This document shows, piece after piece, positions 47,701 to 60,591 of a DNA stretch of 64,000 bases (its first letter is position 1; each line of letters opens with the position of its first letter). The notes beneath the pieces are model-generated. The model ran no database searches and was not told the DNA's origin. It worked only from the letters and a program-made list of their open reading frames with translations. Location of the stretch: the NCBI GenBank assembly GCA_964270895.1, contig OZ185436.1. One strand, 5' to 3'. This DNA is from Podarcis filfolensis (taxonomy: Eukaryota). Made by a program: the position numbers and the translations under genes.

Positions 47701-50144
47701 CTGCTAAATGCCAAGTAGCACTGCCATTCCTTTGGCTCCTAACAGCACAAGGGCAGGATTGTTGAGAGTCAGGCACCCCATACGTAATTATAACCAAGCC
47801 TTAAGGCACATGCAAAACTACTCAGCTTTCTGCATTTCCATTTCTGCTACGTTGCTTCTGAGTAATTTATCAGGGACTAACTGAAGAGATCAAAGGCAGC
47901 AGCTGAAGACCAGAAATTCACTTCCACCGCTGCCTCTAGCTAACAGGTGCTACTCGACAGTTACAAGGCTTAATGCAATGGGGGAAACAAGATTTGGGTA
48001 ATTGCATTAATAGCACCACATAGTGGTCATTTGAAGCTCAGAACTGCACTAAAGAAGGCTAGAAGCAGGTCATATCATAAGCACAAAAGGGGCTCCTTAT
48101 CTTTCCCTCCTGGAACTCGAAACAGTTGCTCCTTTCTTCCTGTTGGTAAGTCCAGAATGTTAGGTCCTGGAGTGATGTGCAAAACAAAGTGATCCCCACT
48201 GAATGACTTAACTTCTCTTGGAAGCCGCACAAGCTTTTGATCTGTGCACAAATTTCTAAAGTAGTATATGAGAGACTTCGTTTTTTCCCAAACAAGCATG
48301 TAATTTAATAGCTCAGCAACAGGGGGACTACTCCATGGGATGGCAAATTTAACAAGCAATATAGCCTAGGAGGATGACTCTGAGGAGCTGGGTGAATAGG
48401 CTTAGTACTTACCCCTGAATTCTGCTCCCTGTTCTTGAGGTTGGCCTGGAGCAAAGATACTGGATGCCACTGTTGCAGGAACATCTAGACTCCAGCTATA
48501 GGCCTTATGACAACCCTCCCTACTGCTTGCCTTCCTGCAAAATGATATTAAGTGGCACAACATTCTTTTTCTGTTCTATACTGCATTGTTTATTGGGCAA
48601 ATAAACTGGAAAATCTATCTACATACATACACAGGTGTAAGTGAGAAATGCAGCAAAGTGTTGCAGTGTAGAGTGAAGATGCTCCATTCTCTTTTTCTCC
48701 CTGCCCATACCCCATAGCAGCACATCAACACTCCATGCCCAGTTAGATGCCCTGTCTTCATTGGGTGATTCTGAGTTCTACCCCCTCCCACACACAATGG
48801 ATGGGGTTAGCCTAATAAGTACTGTCAGCACAAGTCTTGCATGAGGGCTTCCGTTGGCACACACTGGCTCAGAAGGGACATTTGCCATAGCATGACATTG
48901 AATTCTACCCTATAGCAATCCCTCCCCGAAAGGGGTGGGATATTTTGGCAAACCTTCATATGATCACAGCACCGGCACAATAGATTGACTTGCCATCCCC
49001 ACCTAGCTGTAGAACCATCCTTGCCCTCACTGCTGTGCTCTGAGGAAGGGGCCCGGAGTGAGACCTTGAAGCTGAGATAGCCACAGAAATGGCCTCCACC
49101 AACACTGCTTTGACCATGACAATGCCTCACGCTAAGGAAGGACCCTTGCCTCAGAATAAGGAGTGGTGCGCCCATAGTGGCGTATGGAAGGCTACTGATG
49201 CTCCAATAAACTGCTGGAGAGCCACCTGCTGCTTCCCTGCAGCAGCTGCACTCCATGCCTGGGTGTGGGGGAGCAGCCCAGGATAAGCTGGGAACAGCAG
49301 CAGGAGGAAGGGACCATTGCAGCTGAGCAGCAGCTGCAGACAGGCCAGCAGCTGCCCAGCCACTATACGCATGGCAGGCAGAGGTGGATGGTGCGGTTTG
49401 CTACCTCTGATACTGTACATTGACCCCACATTCTCACTGAACTTCCCAGCAGTGTCACCACCCATGGATAATCCCATCCACGTGTACTATGAAGTTAGGA
49501 ATGTTGTTGCATACTCACCCAGTTTGGACAAACACTTTTGGAGCTCTTTGCAGTCCAGTTGAGATCCTTTGATGCCATCCACACATGTGACCGCTTCACA
49601 ATTCCTCGCTGCAGGTAATTTATGAACAAAGAGGACCTTATGGGACACCACAGCTTACTACCTTTCATTGTGAAAACTTTGGGTGAAGGACTTTTTATTT
49701 TCGAACAAGCTTTATAGAACGTTTAACAAACCACTTGTATCCCCATTGCTGCTTGAGCATTCAAACTACTCCAAAAGGTAAAAAGGTTACTGCAACAGGT
49801 CTAGCCTTGGCAGAAGCAAGCCCCCGCCCCCCCGTGTGTGTTTAATAAATTCACGCTTGAAATAATGCATTATTCCCATTTCTCTAGCAGGTATGGCAGA
49901 GAAGGAAACAGTACAACCTTGGTAAAAACTTAGCTCCGGAAAGATTACACCAAGAGCAAGTAATACTCTTGCTTCTTTTGAGAGACAGATAGAGGCCACT
50001 TTCTAGGACTGTGAGTGGGGGGCCTTGCAGCCCCCTAAGTAAGGCATTTGTTCTGTTAAAACAGCATTTGACACGTCGGATAGACAGAAGGAAAAAAGCA
50101 AAAGTGTTGTAACAATTCTGCTTGAAACCAGTCAAGCTCATTTT

Positions 50145-50190
50145 TTTATTTCTTTTCCTAAAAAAACCCCAACAGCCACCACCCTTTAAT
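50145..50190 (-). terminator. Candidate distal poly(A) signals of SH3PXD2B (ATTAAA 50185-50190, AATAAA 50145-50150)
   Basis: Two hexamers on the - strand followed by a U-rich tract (cttttgcttttttccttctgtc). Confidence 0.55.
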
Positions 50191-50605
50191 GTTGGAAGTA
50201 TACATGATATTTTACACAGGCTACATCTATCATCCTCAGAAACCCTTCCCCCCACCCCAAATCCCACCCACGGTAAAGTACAGATTGATACATGTTTACA
50301 TAATACGAGACATTAAAACAGGCTTCTAATGTTTGCACAGGAAGGCAAGGCCATTTAGGCAGCCTCCCTCTGCCTCCAACATCCCAGTCTGCAAAAGCTG
50401 CAAAGCTGGCTTTGGTAAGCAAAAGGCTGAATATCCTTTATCCCCATAGTAAAGTTAGTTATCCTGGGATGGGATTTAGTGAGCTTGGTGGAAAGAAAAC
50501 ACAGTATGTGACTGTGGGCAAGTTTCACCTATGTGTCACAGGCAATAATTAGAATGATCCCCCCTCCCCCAATTCAGCATAGGACAGCTTTCCACAGCCT
50601 GTGCC

Positions 50606-50715
50606 ATTCCAAATGTTGTTGGACTACAACTCTGAACTTCCCTGACCACTGGCCTTGTTTGCTGGGTCTAATGGGAACTGGAGTCCAACCACTTCAAGAG
50701 AGCACTGGTTGTGGG
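50606..50715. mobile_element. Short palindromic hAT-like MITE (~135-bp family) remnant
   Basis: aaatgttgttggactacaactc...ccctgaccactggcc...gatgggaactggagtccaacc; related pieces at ~51345-51390, ~52530-52585, ~52825-52950, ~20885-20940 and 61240-61373. Confidence 0.65.
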
Positions 50716-51399
50716 AGGCTGGCCTAGGAGAAAGTACTGAGGGAAGGGTTAGCTCACCAATGCTTCTCATGCCCAGCAAGTTAGGTCAGTATTATTGTCT
50801 GCATCCTGTGCAATAATAAAAAATGAGGCACAGAGGTGTGTGTGTCATACGCTGCTTTCAGACACAGCACTATCAGTCCAGGGCCCTTTCTGTGAAGGTT
50901 TTGCCAAGGATAGAGAGGTATGTGGAAGGAGAGCACTGGGACTCGTGAGGAAGCACCTCCAGATCTAGCAAAATGGGAACAAGAAAGGCCCTTGGAACTG
51001 AGACTGGGGTGGGTGGGGGAATGAGTCAAGTTGCTTCTCTTCATAGTAATTTATTTTGGTATAAAGCAATCTATTTTGGCATCATGTTGTAGTGTTTACT
51101 ACCACACACATATAATCGAACAGAGAAGAGGGGGAAAGCACCTGGGCAGTACGTGTTGAGATGACATTACAGGGTTGCAAATTCTTTACCTATCTGATGA
51201 TATCACTAGAGCAGTTATCATAGGTTCAGAGCACAAAAAGTGAATAATCAAATTTCATCTCCCATATGGCACAAAGGATACCTTGCTTACTGGCCATGCA
51301 GATGAGTGAGACCTATCTAACATAGAGATTACAAACGTGGTATCTTCCAGACATTGTCAGACTACAACTCCCATCAACCCTGATCATTGGTTTAGCCAA

Positions 51400-51405
51400 T
51401 TTATT
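51400..51405 (-). terminator. Candidate proximal poly(A) signal of SH3PXD2B (AATAAA)
   Basis: First AATAAA I found on the - strand after the stop, preceded by a U/G-rich block (ttttgttgttgttttgttgttgtatactg). Confidence 0.45.
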
Positions 51406-51624
51406 AATTAATTTTGGAATATTGATAACTGCTAAATGTTACAAAATACCATAACAGTATACAACAACAAAACAACAACAAAAGTAAAAATACAGTTTTA
51501 AAAAATAAAATACTGCAGTGAACATACAGGTACATAGAGGTGATGTATCAGATACCCTGGTACCAAGCTGTTTAGGGCTTTATACTCTTAACAGTAAAAT
51601 CTTAAATTTGGTCCTGTAAAGCTT

Positions 51625-52070
51625 TTTGCCATCCAGTGCAGTTCTCTCCAGAAGGCAACCTGGCCATAAGCTGTGACTCCACATTCTGCATTCGTTGCAG
51701 CTTCCCAACCAAACACAAGCTCTACACAGAGCACACTGCAGCAATTCCATTGGAAGGGGACCACTGCATGGGCCACTGAAGCTAAGCTATCCCTGTCCGG
51801 AAACAGCCATAGCTGGCACACCAGCCAAAACCACCAAGCATTCCAAGGTACTGGAGCCTCCAGTGACAACAATGGATCAAGCAGCACTCTCAGACTACAT
51901 ACCTGTCCCTTCAGAGGAAGTGAAACCCCACCCACAGCAGGTAACTGACCTCTATCCTGGACAGTAGGTGCATACATGCACAGGGCCCTGAGTCTTACCA
52001 GGATTCAGCTTCAGTTTATCAACCCACCACTGAGTCCAGACACTGGCTCTGGGCTTGCACACCATACCTG
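51625..52070 (-). mobile_element. L2 LINE ORF2 C-terminal fragment, sense to SH3PXD2B
   Basis: Minus-strand translation fragments KLKLNPGKT, LPLKGQVCSLRVLLDPLLSLEA, DRDSLASVAHA, RELHW match the L2 ORF2 3' region. Confidence 0.8.
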
Positions 52071-54771
52071 ACTCAAATGCCAAAGAGAAAGAGTTGGGTG
52101 ACTCAGTTTATCAATGGCAGTTCGCTCCAAATATTCTAATGGCCTCACCCAAAGGCTTCATATAGGCATTAAACAGAACTGGGGACAAGATGGTAAGCTT
52201 TGGGACCTCTTAACATAACTGCCGGGAAGCCAACAGGCAATCTTCCAGTGCTACTCTCTGAAACAGGCTCTGAAGGTAGGAACGGACCACTGAAGAACAT
52301 GCCCCCAGTCCCATCTCTCAGAGCCAGTCCAAGAACACCGTAGCGGATGGTATCAAAAGTCACAGAGATCAAGAAAGAGTAACATAGTCACACTCCCCCT
52401 ATCCTTCTCTAGACAATGGTAATTTATCAGGGCAACCAAGGCTGATCTGTCTCCAAACCAAGCCAGAATCCAGACTAGAATGGATCTAGATAATCTGCAT
52501 CCTCAAAGGATGCTTGAAGTTGCTTGAAGCTGGTGATGGGAGTTGTAGCCCAACAACATTTAGGATACCATGTTGGCTACCGCTGATCTAAGGGATGGAC
52601 AGAAGAAACACTACAGCACTAAAAGGACAGTACCTGTATCTAAGCTGGGACCAAAGCAACATGTCTTTAGGGAAAATGACATGATGTGAACTTCAAGTGC
52701 TGATTTTCAGAAAGCAAAGTTAGGAGATGGACTCCTAAATCCTCCATTTTAAAAAAATACCCATTATATAGGAAGATTTATGACAGTATGCAGATTTAAC
52801 TTAAGCCAGCCTTCCTCGAACTAGTACCCTCCAGGTGTCGAGTTGCATGTTCTCACCACCCCTAACTATTAGCCCTACTGGCTGGGGCTCAAATGACGGG
52901 GATTGTGGTTCAACATCTGGAAGCCACTAGATTGGGGAAGGTTGGCTTAAGTTAAATCTGCATACTACCTGATTAAAGCAGGTAAGTGGGGTTCAGCCCA
53001 TGGGAGACCAAACTAGGCAGACTCACACCAATAATACACACATGGGAAATCATTGACCCTCTCTTGGTCAATGCAAACATGCTTTTTTTTTTTTTTACTG
53101 TTAGATCAGCAGTGAATCTATCCAGGTTTATATTTCTGAAAATAAAACCACTGATCCATTGCAGCAATGGTAAGTTTGAAAACATCTAAGATTGAGAGCA
53201 GGAGGCATTGCTCATCTGGCTTTTTCACACCCTGGAGATGAATACACATACACATGTATTAAATGAAAGGGGGGCAAAGTATGTGAAGACATATATATTT
53301 CTAAACGCACATTTGATATTTCTTTCTCTGATGCCTCATGACCACTGCTCCAAAATATACATATGTCATATTAAGCACATTGTGCTCTGAACCCAGCCCT
53401 CCTCTCATGAGAGCCATTTCCATGGCATCACAGAAAATTGCCATGATCCATAGTTAAAGAGGCCAGGATCAGACACATGCCTTCCCACACAGATAAGTTA
53501 GAACAGTTCACACTGCTCCAAGAACTATTGTTTTAGCCTCACTGCATAACATCCACATTTCCCCCTCTCCACCCTACAAATCAATACATGGGTGAGAAAC
53601 ATGCTTTTTGAAAAGGGTAAGGAATAGAAATGGGTAAGGAATAGATAAAATGGGGAGGGGTACAGCAAAACCTCCGTCCCTTGTGAAATCTAGATGCTAC
53701 TTCCAGGTTGGGAAGCCTTGCAGTATAAATTATTAGCACCCACTGGAGGGCTACCATCCTGGCAGCTGTCATCTACCAGACCTGAGGAATCATGATAGGA
53801 CAGCACTAGAGATCTACTTGCGTACAGGCGTGAATGCAGCTGTGCAATCTGTCCCTGAAGAGGCAGCACTTTGTTCTGCTAGCAATCCTCCTGCCAGGAG
53901 GTCTTGGGAGTTATTTGAAACCTTACAGCGGAACAGTATGGATAACCTAATATAATATCAGCTTGATTTACTAAAAGGAGACTATAATACTGGGAGGGGA
54001 GCCTATACAAAGAGGTCAGCACAACAGACATCAAAAGAGGCATTAATGTGGGACCTACAGTGGCAGAAGGATTGCTCAAATATGGGGCAAAAGATACTTA
54101 TACAAGGCTAGAAAGAATCTCTTAGCAGCTACTTGGACAGGCCTTTCCACCTAGGCATATCCTAGAACATCAAATTACTTATTCAGAGGCATATTAGCAT
54201 CTGAATAACAGCAAAATGTGGCGCATGGTATTTAACAAGGGAACTCAGCACAAACAGTGGCTTTTCAATTTCTCATTTCCATTCATTGGTTAGTGGGACT
54301 CACTTCCATTTCCTCACCAAGCTGAAAACAAATCATCTCCCAGGTTTTTACATTCTAACATGTGTGTGTGGGTGTTTTGTTTGCTACTGTGTGTTCCAGA
54401 ACTTGAGCGACAATTTTAAAGAACGCTTTTTTTTATCAGCCACCCTTTGAGGGGCAGGTGGACCTAAACCACATGGAGGCTGGGGAAGGGATCAATTGTG
54501 TGTGTCTCTGTGAATTAACCTATTAAAAAGTATTTAGGGAATGAGCTGCCAAGAGTAGCAACAGTAGCAAAACTACACTAATAGGAAGGCCTGTTTCCCT
54601 TGCTATTCTTTCTTGGAAATGACACAAGTTGGAATGTATGGTATCCCAGATACTTAAAAAAATAATAATAGAGCCAGCCTTATGAAAAACTATAAATAAA
54701 CTAATTAAATATTTTGATACTAAAATGGGGAATGTTGAGCTGCTGCTTAATCTGAAGACAAATGGAGGGAC

Positions 54772-56310
54772 TTATGGCTTTTTTCTGAGATAATTGGAAG
54801 GAATCCAGCCTTCCCAACATGGCGCTCCAGCAAGGACCTTGCAGAACCACCAGCCGCTGCTGTTCTTCTCTCGGACTTCAAACAGGGTCCCTTCTTTAAA
54901 GCTGCTCGTTTCTTCATCGCCATCAAAATCTGCCACAGCCACATAGAGGGCTTCTCTGGAGACGTCTGAACTGGTGATGGGGACAGATCCTCTCTCCCTC
55001 TCCACAGGCTTGGGGATTCCCTTTGGGCCTAGGCCGCTTTTCGCTTTGGCATCATCTTGGGACGGAGCTGGCAGGAAACCTTTGGCTTTTGGTGGAACCA
55101 GCATCGGCCTGCCAGGCACAGAGGCAGCTCTCAGTTCAGGCACTTCCCTCTGTGGAGCTTTATTTTCCGGAGAGGGGGCAAACGAAGATGCAGGCGATGG
55201 TGTGGAGGCTTTCTTGGGAGGAGGCGGCCTCCTGGGTGGCACTACAGGCCGCTGAGGTGGTTCCCTGGAAGCTGGAAAGCTACCCTTGGAATCAGCCTCA
55301 CTCAGCTTTGCGGAGCCAAAAGGAACTTTGGATGAAGCAGCCTCCTTGAAGACTTGGCTGTCTGGTCTGGATGGAGGCCTCATCTCCACAGCTGGCCTTT
55401 CCTGAGACCGGATGGAAGATTCCACAGGAAGTGCGTTGTTACTGAAGGCACTCTCGCCAGCCGTGGGGTCCTGATCAGAAGGTTTCTCTTGCGCTTTGGC
55501 AGGCCTGAGTTTGCTCCTCAGGTTGCAAATGTCTAGTTTGTCATCTCCCTGAGGGGGATCTGTCCTAGGGGCTGCTGCTGGCTTGGGTCTGACCTGAGGC
55601 TTTGATTTCAGGAAAGGGTTTGGGGTCCCGAGCTCAGGCTTGTCCTCCGGGGGCTCAACTTTTGGCTTGGCAGGCTTAACAGTGGGCCGAAGGTTCGGCT
55701 TCTTCACCTCTTTGGGAGACACCTTGTGCCCACATTCTAGCCCCATTTCGTTTTTCAGCTGGAACAGTTTCCCCTTCTCTGTTTTGAGCTCTGGCTTCCG
55801 GTTGTCCCTTGGAGGGACAGCCTGCTTGGGGGGAATCGCAGGCAAAATCATGCCAGGAGGCTTCGGAGGTGGCCTCTGTTCCAACCGCTGCCTTTCTATC
55901 AACTCCTCTTCGGATTTAATTATGGATTCCTTCCTCGGAGGGAGGCTCGGCTTCTCTTCGGCGTCCCGATCACAAATCTCCTCGTACCCCACGGAGAGCG
56001 ATGCATCGCTGCTCTCTGGCAGGGCACCCTTGGAAACCTCCTTCGCTTTCCATTTCCCTGCACTGTCTATGTCGTTGGGTGGTGCTTCAGGCAGAGGCCT
56101 GGATGGCCCAAAGGCTTCTCCATTAGAGCTGCTCTCTGCCACACTGTCGCCAAGCCGGAGCTGCGCCATTTCATTCGGCAGTGGTGCCAAGAAGTTAGGT
56201 CTAGATGCGTTGCTAGTTTTCTTGTACTTGTCAATGAAAGTAGCTGGTGCCCAGCCTTCCTTCTCCTCTATCTGGATGTACCACCAACCACTCAGGTTCT
56301 TCTCAATGAC
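54772..56310 (-). CDS. SH3PXD2B: SH3PXD2B last coding exon (end of SH3 #3, proline-rich region, SH3 #4, stop TAA); 1539 nt
   Basis: Acceptor ttccgcag| at 56311-56312. Starts [47 protein letters not shown], contains GYEEI (known Src-family site context in TKS4), [23 protein letters not shown] and [13 protein letters not shown], and ends [12 protein letters not shown] (TKS4; TKS5 ends ...YLEKKN). Confidence 0.97.
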   Translation of the reverse strand, partial: VIEKNLSGWWYIQIEEKEGWAPATFIDKYKKTSNASRPNFLAPLPNEMAQLRLGDSVAESSSNGEAFGPSRPLPEAPPNDIDSAGKWKAKEVSKGALPESSDASLSVGYEEICDRDAEEKPSLPPRKESIIKSEEELIERQRLEQRPPPKPPGMILPAIPPKQAVPPRDNRKPELKTEKGKLFQLKNEMGLECGHKVSPKEVKKPNLRPTVKPAKPKVEPPEDKPELGTPNPFLKSKPQVRPKPAAAPRTDPPQGDDKLDICNLRSKLRPAKAQEKPSDQDPTAGESAFSNNALPVESSIRSQERPAVEMRPPSRPDSQVFKEAASSKVPFGSAKLSEADSKGSFPASREPPQRPVVPPRRPPPPKKASTPSPASSFAPSPENKAPQREVPELRAASVPGRPMLVPPKAKGFLPAPSQDDAKAKSGLGPKGIPKPVERERGSVPITSSDVSREALYVAVADFDGDEETSSFKEGTLFEVREKNSSGWWFCKVLAGAPCWEGWIPSNYLRKKP

Positions 56311-58026
56311 CTGCGGAAGGAAAGAGAAACACCATGCCTTAGATCTCTTGCTGCACCAGTTGCTTCAACTGCTCACATCAAAGCTGAGGGGGTTACTTAA
56401 GAACAGAGGTGTCTAACCCCCAGCCCAAGGATGAAGCCATGCCCCAGCAATTTCTTTTCTGCCTCCCTCCCAATTCTAGGAGCAAAGGTGGTGGTGGAGA
56501 TTAAGGAAGAGCTTCCACTTTCAAAACCATCTTTTTAAATTGCCATGGAGTCTCATTTCAGCCTTGAATCTTTTGGCATTTCCTCTCATAGATAAGGAAC
56601 TGCAGAAAGCTGTAGCTTCCTTATATTGCTCTTTAAACTTCTTACATTGTCCTAACCTTGGCCTTTCACTCTGCTTAACAGAATCTTCTGTTATTGAATT
56701 TATCTAACTGTCTGAAGGTGAGAATCATTTCACAAAGGGCATTTCATAGGCGTACAAGTTATTTTGTGTTTGTGCACACCTAAAAATGTAATATGTGGAT
56801 GCCATGCATGCATCTGTTGCAACAGGAGCCATAGAATGGCTGCAACTCCTTGTTGAGTTAACACTCAGTAACACAACTGGGCTTGTCTCAGTATAATGTA
56901 TGAAATGGCTGAGGCCCTTGTGGAAAGTAAAATGTGCAAAGTAAAATCATGTTCTTCTAGCTAGTTTGCACTATTAAATGGGAATTACTCTCTTGAACTG
57001 GAACATCCACACATGCATATGTATACAGAGCATCAAAAGTAGCAGACCACTTTTCGAGTCAGCTCTCTTCCCCAAGCAAACGTGGACACACACAGCACAA
57101 GAATCCAATTGGCCAAGAAAACTACTTGGCCACTAGGTGTCAGCAATGAGCCATAGATGAGGTACCACCAGCAGGACACCAAACTCCAAATTTTTAAAGG
57201 CTGATACAGCTAATTAACATCCCCATTTCTAAATGCACACACACACATACATAGTGTAGTTGCGTGTGTGTTTTTATGGAGCGAATCACTTCAAGATTCT
57301 TGAATATAGTGGTTGCATATATAAAATAAATAAAAATATTTTTAAAATGTAATTTTAATAGGGGATGGGGAAAGAAAAAGTGGGAGAGAAATGCAATAAA
57401 TAAATAAATAGTAAGCAGTATGCAAATATTTTAAGCTGATAAGGCAAAAATCTGACGAAGGAAAATGTGAAAGTTCAGGGTGAGCAGGCAGCTGGAGGAG
57501 ATCACTGCCTGCATTACCAGAAGTTGAAAGATGATTGCAGTTTCAGCACACATTCCATTCATGGTGGAGAAACAGAGAATACCTCCTTTTTATACTTCTC
57601 CCTTCTCCCAGTGAAACGGGCTGCTATGCATGTGTGGAGGGAGGATGGAAAGGTGAGCTGTTCCACACACCTTTTAAAACGGAATACGAACATACCAGTC
57701 AGACTAGAACACAGCACACCAGGGAGGATTATCCTTCCTTACTCACCGATATAAGGACAGAAATTTGACCCTCATCCCCAGTGCTTTTTTCTGGGGCGGA
57801 TGCAGGAGCACGCATACCCCTAAACATTTTGTGAATCTTTGTACTTTGTCCATTTACTGTATTTATTTTCCCCGATTTGAACTATAAAATGGTGATTTTC
57901 TTGAGTCAAAATGAGAGTACTCCTAAACTTTTTTTTTTTTTTTAGGGAAAATAGCACTGCTCATCCCTGTCAATCATCAGCATAAAGCAACTGTATCAGA
58001 CAACTACTGCAAACACAAAGGATTTA

Positions 58027-58236
<210 letters not shown>

Positions 58237-58996
58237 TCAGCCTACTTCTGTCCAAAGACGACAAGGGACAATATACCCCACTGCCCTCCAAGATAGCCCA
58301 CAAGGAAGATAGCATTTGGCTGGCAGGTTCATGTGGCTTCACTGATTTTACAGTTACTGCTGACAAGCTCATCTTTCAAGAGAGGTCACACAGGATTAAA
58401 GATGCTGGAGATGTTTAGCAGGTCTGGGCCTGGAAACGAACTTCCAGACGTCATCCTGCTTGCCTCGAAGGGGAGGAGAGCCTTAGAAGCTCATGAATTC
58501 TTGTGCAGCTCAGATTAAAATTCAGCTCTGCAGAGAAGTATTCCCAGCTTCAGCCCTGCTTTGAATGGCTGCTCCTGGGAAAACTATCGCTGAAGAAGCA
58601 AAACCCCCTCACTTTTCCCCAAGGGATCTTCTTACCCTAAGAGTTCCCTCTGTGGGGTTTTATTTTCAACTCTCTGTAGACTCTTTTATCAGTGAATATA
58701 GTCACTTTCTAATACTATGTTATAAAAGGAATGACTTGGAAAATGGGCCAAGTTTGCTTTAAAAAACAAAATCTATTTCAGGAACATCTATACAGAATAT
58801 CTCAACTGCTGACCCTGCTAGCTGTGTGTGCTCCAGGGCCTCATGGGGAAGGCAACGTTTCCTCGGTCAATCCCTGAACTTGAGGGGAAAGTTGTATGCA
58901 TAGAGAAACAAATGCATAAAACTTATAAGCAAAGCTTTCCTTAGTCCATGCTCCCATGACGGATTAAGAATATATACTCTATATGCATGCAGTGTA

Positions 58997-59222
58997 CAGT
59001 AGTACCTTGGGTTACATATGCTTCAGGTTACAGACTCCGTTAACCCAGAAATATTACCTCGGGTTAAGAACTTTGCTTCAGGATGAGAACAGAAATTGTG
59101 CTCCGGTGGCACGGCAGCAGCGGGAGGCCCCATTAGCTAAAGCAGTGCTTCAGGTTAAGAACAGTTTCAGGTTAAGAACAGACCTCCGGAAAGAGTTAAG
59201 TACTTAACCTGAGGTAACACTG
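58997..59222. mobile_element. Tc1/mariner (Tigger-like) MITE, 226 bp, in SH3PXD2B intron 11
   Basis: TIR cagtagtaccttgggtta / taacctgaggtaacactg; TA TSD at 58995-58996 and 59223-59224; colinear with 36413-36645. Confidence 0.9.
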
Positions 59223-59826
59223 TACATTGTCACATATGGTAGGTAAGTAGGCTTATTTCCAGAGCACCTGTGCTATGGAAACTGCCACAACTGAAGTATA
59301 TTTTGTGGGTGGCTGCTGGCCATAATCACAACAGAAAAGGCCTGTGCAGCTACTTCAAAACAGAATGGTATATACTCATTCGTAAGGCAAGAGTCCCTTG
59401 ACAGAAGAAAGCAGATCTGGGGGGGTGGGTTAAGCCTCACTCCTGCACCAGCTATATAAGGTAGAACCACTGCACATGTGGATCACAAGGAGGAATATTA
59501 GGGAAGCTTCTCATGCAATGAATTTTGTGCATGGGTTCAGTTGCACAGGGCATGCATGTAGAAAGAACTATTTCCCCCTTTATATATTGCGGCAATGGCC
59601 TGATTCTTACCAGAGCATTATTTTATCACTTCCATATTCATCCATTCATTAAGAAGCAAGTTACATACACGGACATGTTTGCACATGGGAATCTATGCCA
59701 AAATGCAAAATGCGGCAAGACAAGCTGTGTCCCTTTCTACCACCACTGGTCTAGCTTATTTTTGTTCTGTGTATTTAATAATGCACCAGAACTCCCCAGC
59801 TTAAAGCAACTGTGGCCAATACTTAC

Positions 59827-59876
59827 TATTGTGAGATCTCGACGAGGAGGGGGTCTCTGTCTCATCTTTGGTGATT
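59827..59876 (-). CDS. SH3PXD2B: SH3PXD2B exon 11; 50 nt, phase 1-0 (too short for the supplied ORF track)
   Basis: Acceptor ttggcag|, donor ATA|gtaagt. Encodes (K)SPKMRQRPPPRRDLTI, matching TKS4 SPKMRQRPPPRRDMTI. Confidence 0.92.
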
Positions 59877-60364
59877 CTGCCAAGAAAATATTTCATTGTG
59901 ATTGAAGGATATCAAAACATGCTTCAAAAAGTGATACTTAAGAAGAACTAACAAGACCCCACCAGTCCAGTCTGAGGGGGAAAAGAGCAAGAGGGAAAGA
60001 GAGACTGTGTGGGTACATGTATTATAGAGATGGGGTGGGTGGGTAGGTTCTTCACACCCAAACCTACACTAAAATCCTGAACAGCATTCCCCCCTAGATG
60101 CATAATGTCCAAACAACTGCCACCAAGTTTGAGATATGCTTCATTGGAATAGCAGCAGAAGTAGAATGCAATACAAACATACACTAGAAAGGATTCCAAA
60201 ATTTACCGTCAGATTTGCTGAACTGACCTAAATAACCCCAGTTCTACCAATTATAATTCTCAAGAAGCCACAAAACTCAAGAGCCATGAAGACCTTCCTG
60301 CACCACACCAGGCTAGCATGTCCTACAAAGAACCCAAAACTATTGTTCATTCTTCCCAACTTAC

Positions 60365-60591
60365 TTCGCCTAAGGTCCACATTTGGCAATGGGCGACCAT
60401 CAAACCTTCCATCTCTTTGGTTGTTTGGCCCATCCTTGTCTCGGCCTGCCGAGTTCTGCTGCCGGGAGATTCCATCCAGGTCTAGTGCATAGGAGTGGGC
60501 GGAAGTGGCAGATCCCAGTTTTGGAGCAAGCATGTCACCACTCCCCTTTTTCAGGTATGATGCTGGGGCCCAGCCCTCCTGACCCTGATAC
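60365..60591 (-). CDS. SH3PXD2B: SH3PXD2B exon 10 (end of SH3 #2 + linker); 227 nt, phase 2-1
   Basis: Acceptor ctgcag|, donor A|gtaagt. (R)[75 protein letters not shown]; joins both neighbours in frame. Confidence 0.93.

Larger units (their letters stand above)
50125..54771 (-). other. SH3PXD2B: Inferred SH3PXD2B 3' UTR (long form ~4.6 kb; shorter form may end ~51380)
   Basis: Downstream of the stop on the - strand, with candidate PAS at 51400-51405 and 50145-50190. The end is inferred. Confidence 0.55.

Noticed and set aside
55640-56416. 258-aa plus-strand ORF (and shorter ones at 54974-55536)
   Set aside because: Antisense shadow of the GC-rich, Pro/Lys/Ser-rich last exon of SH3PXD2B; no independent domain or splice support.
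5016-57475. Other CTGA(T/C)GA occurrences (e.g. 5016, ~11620, ~57454) as hammerhead cores
   Set aside because: No stem II followed by GAAA and no closing stem I.
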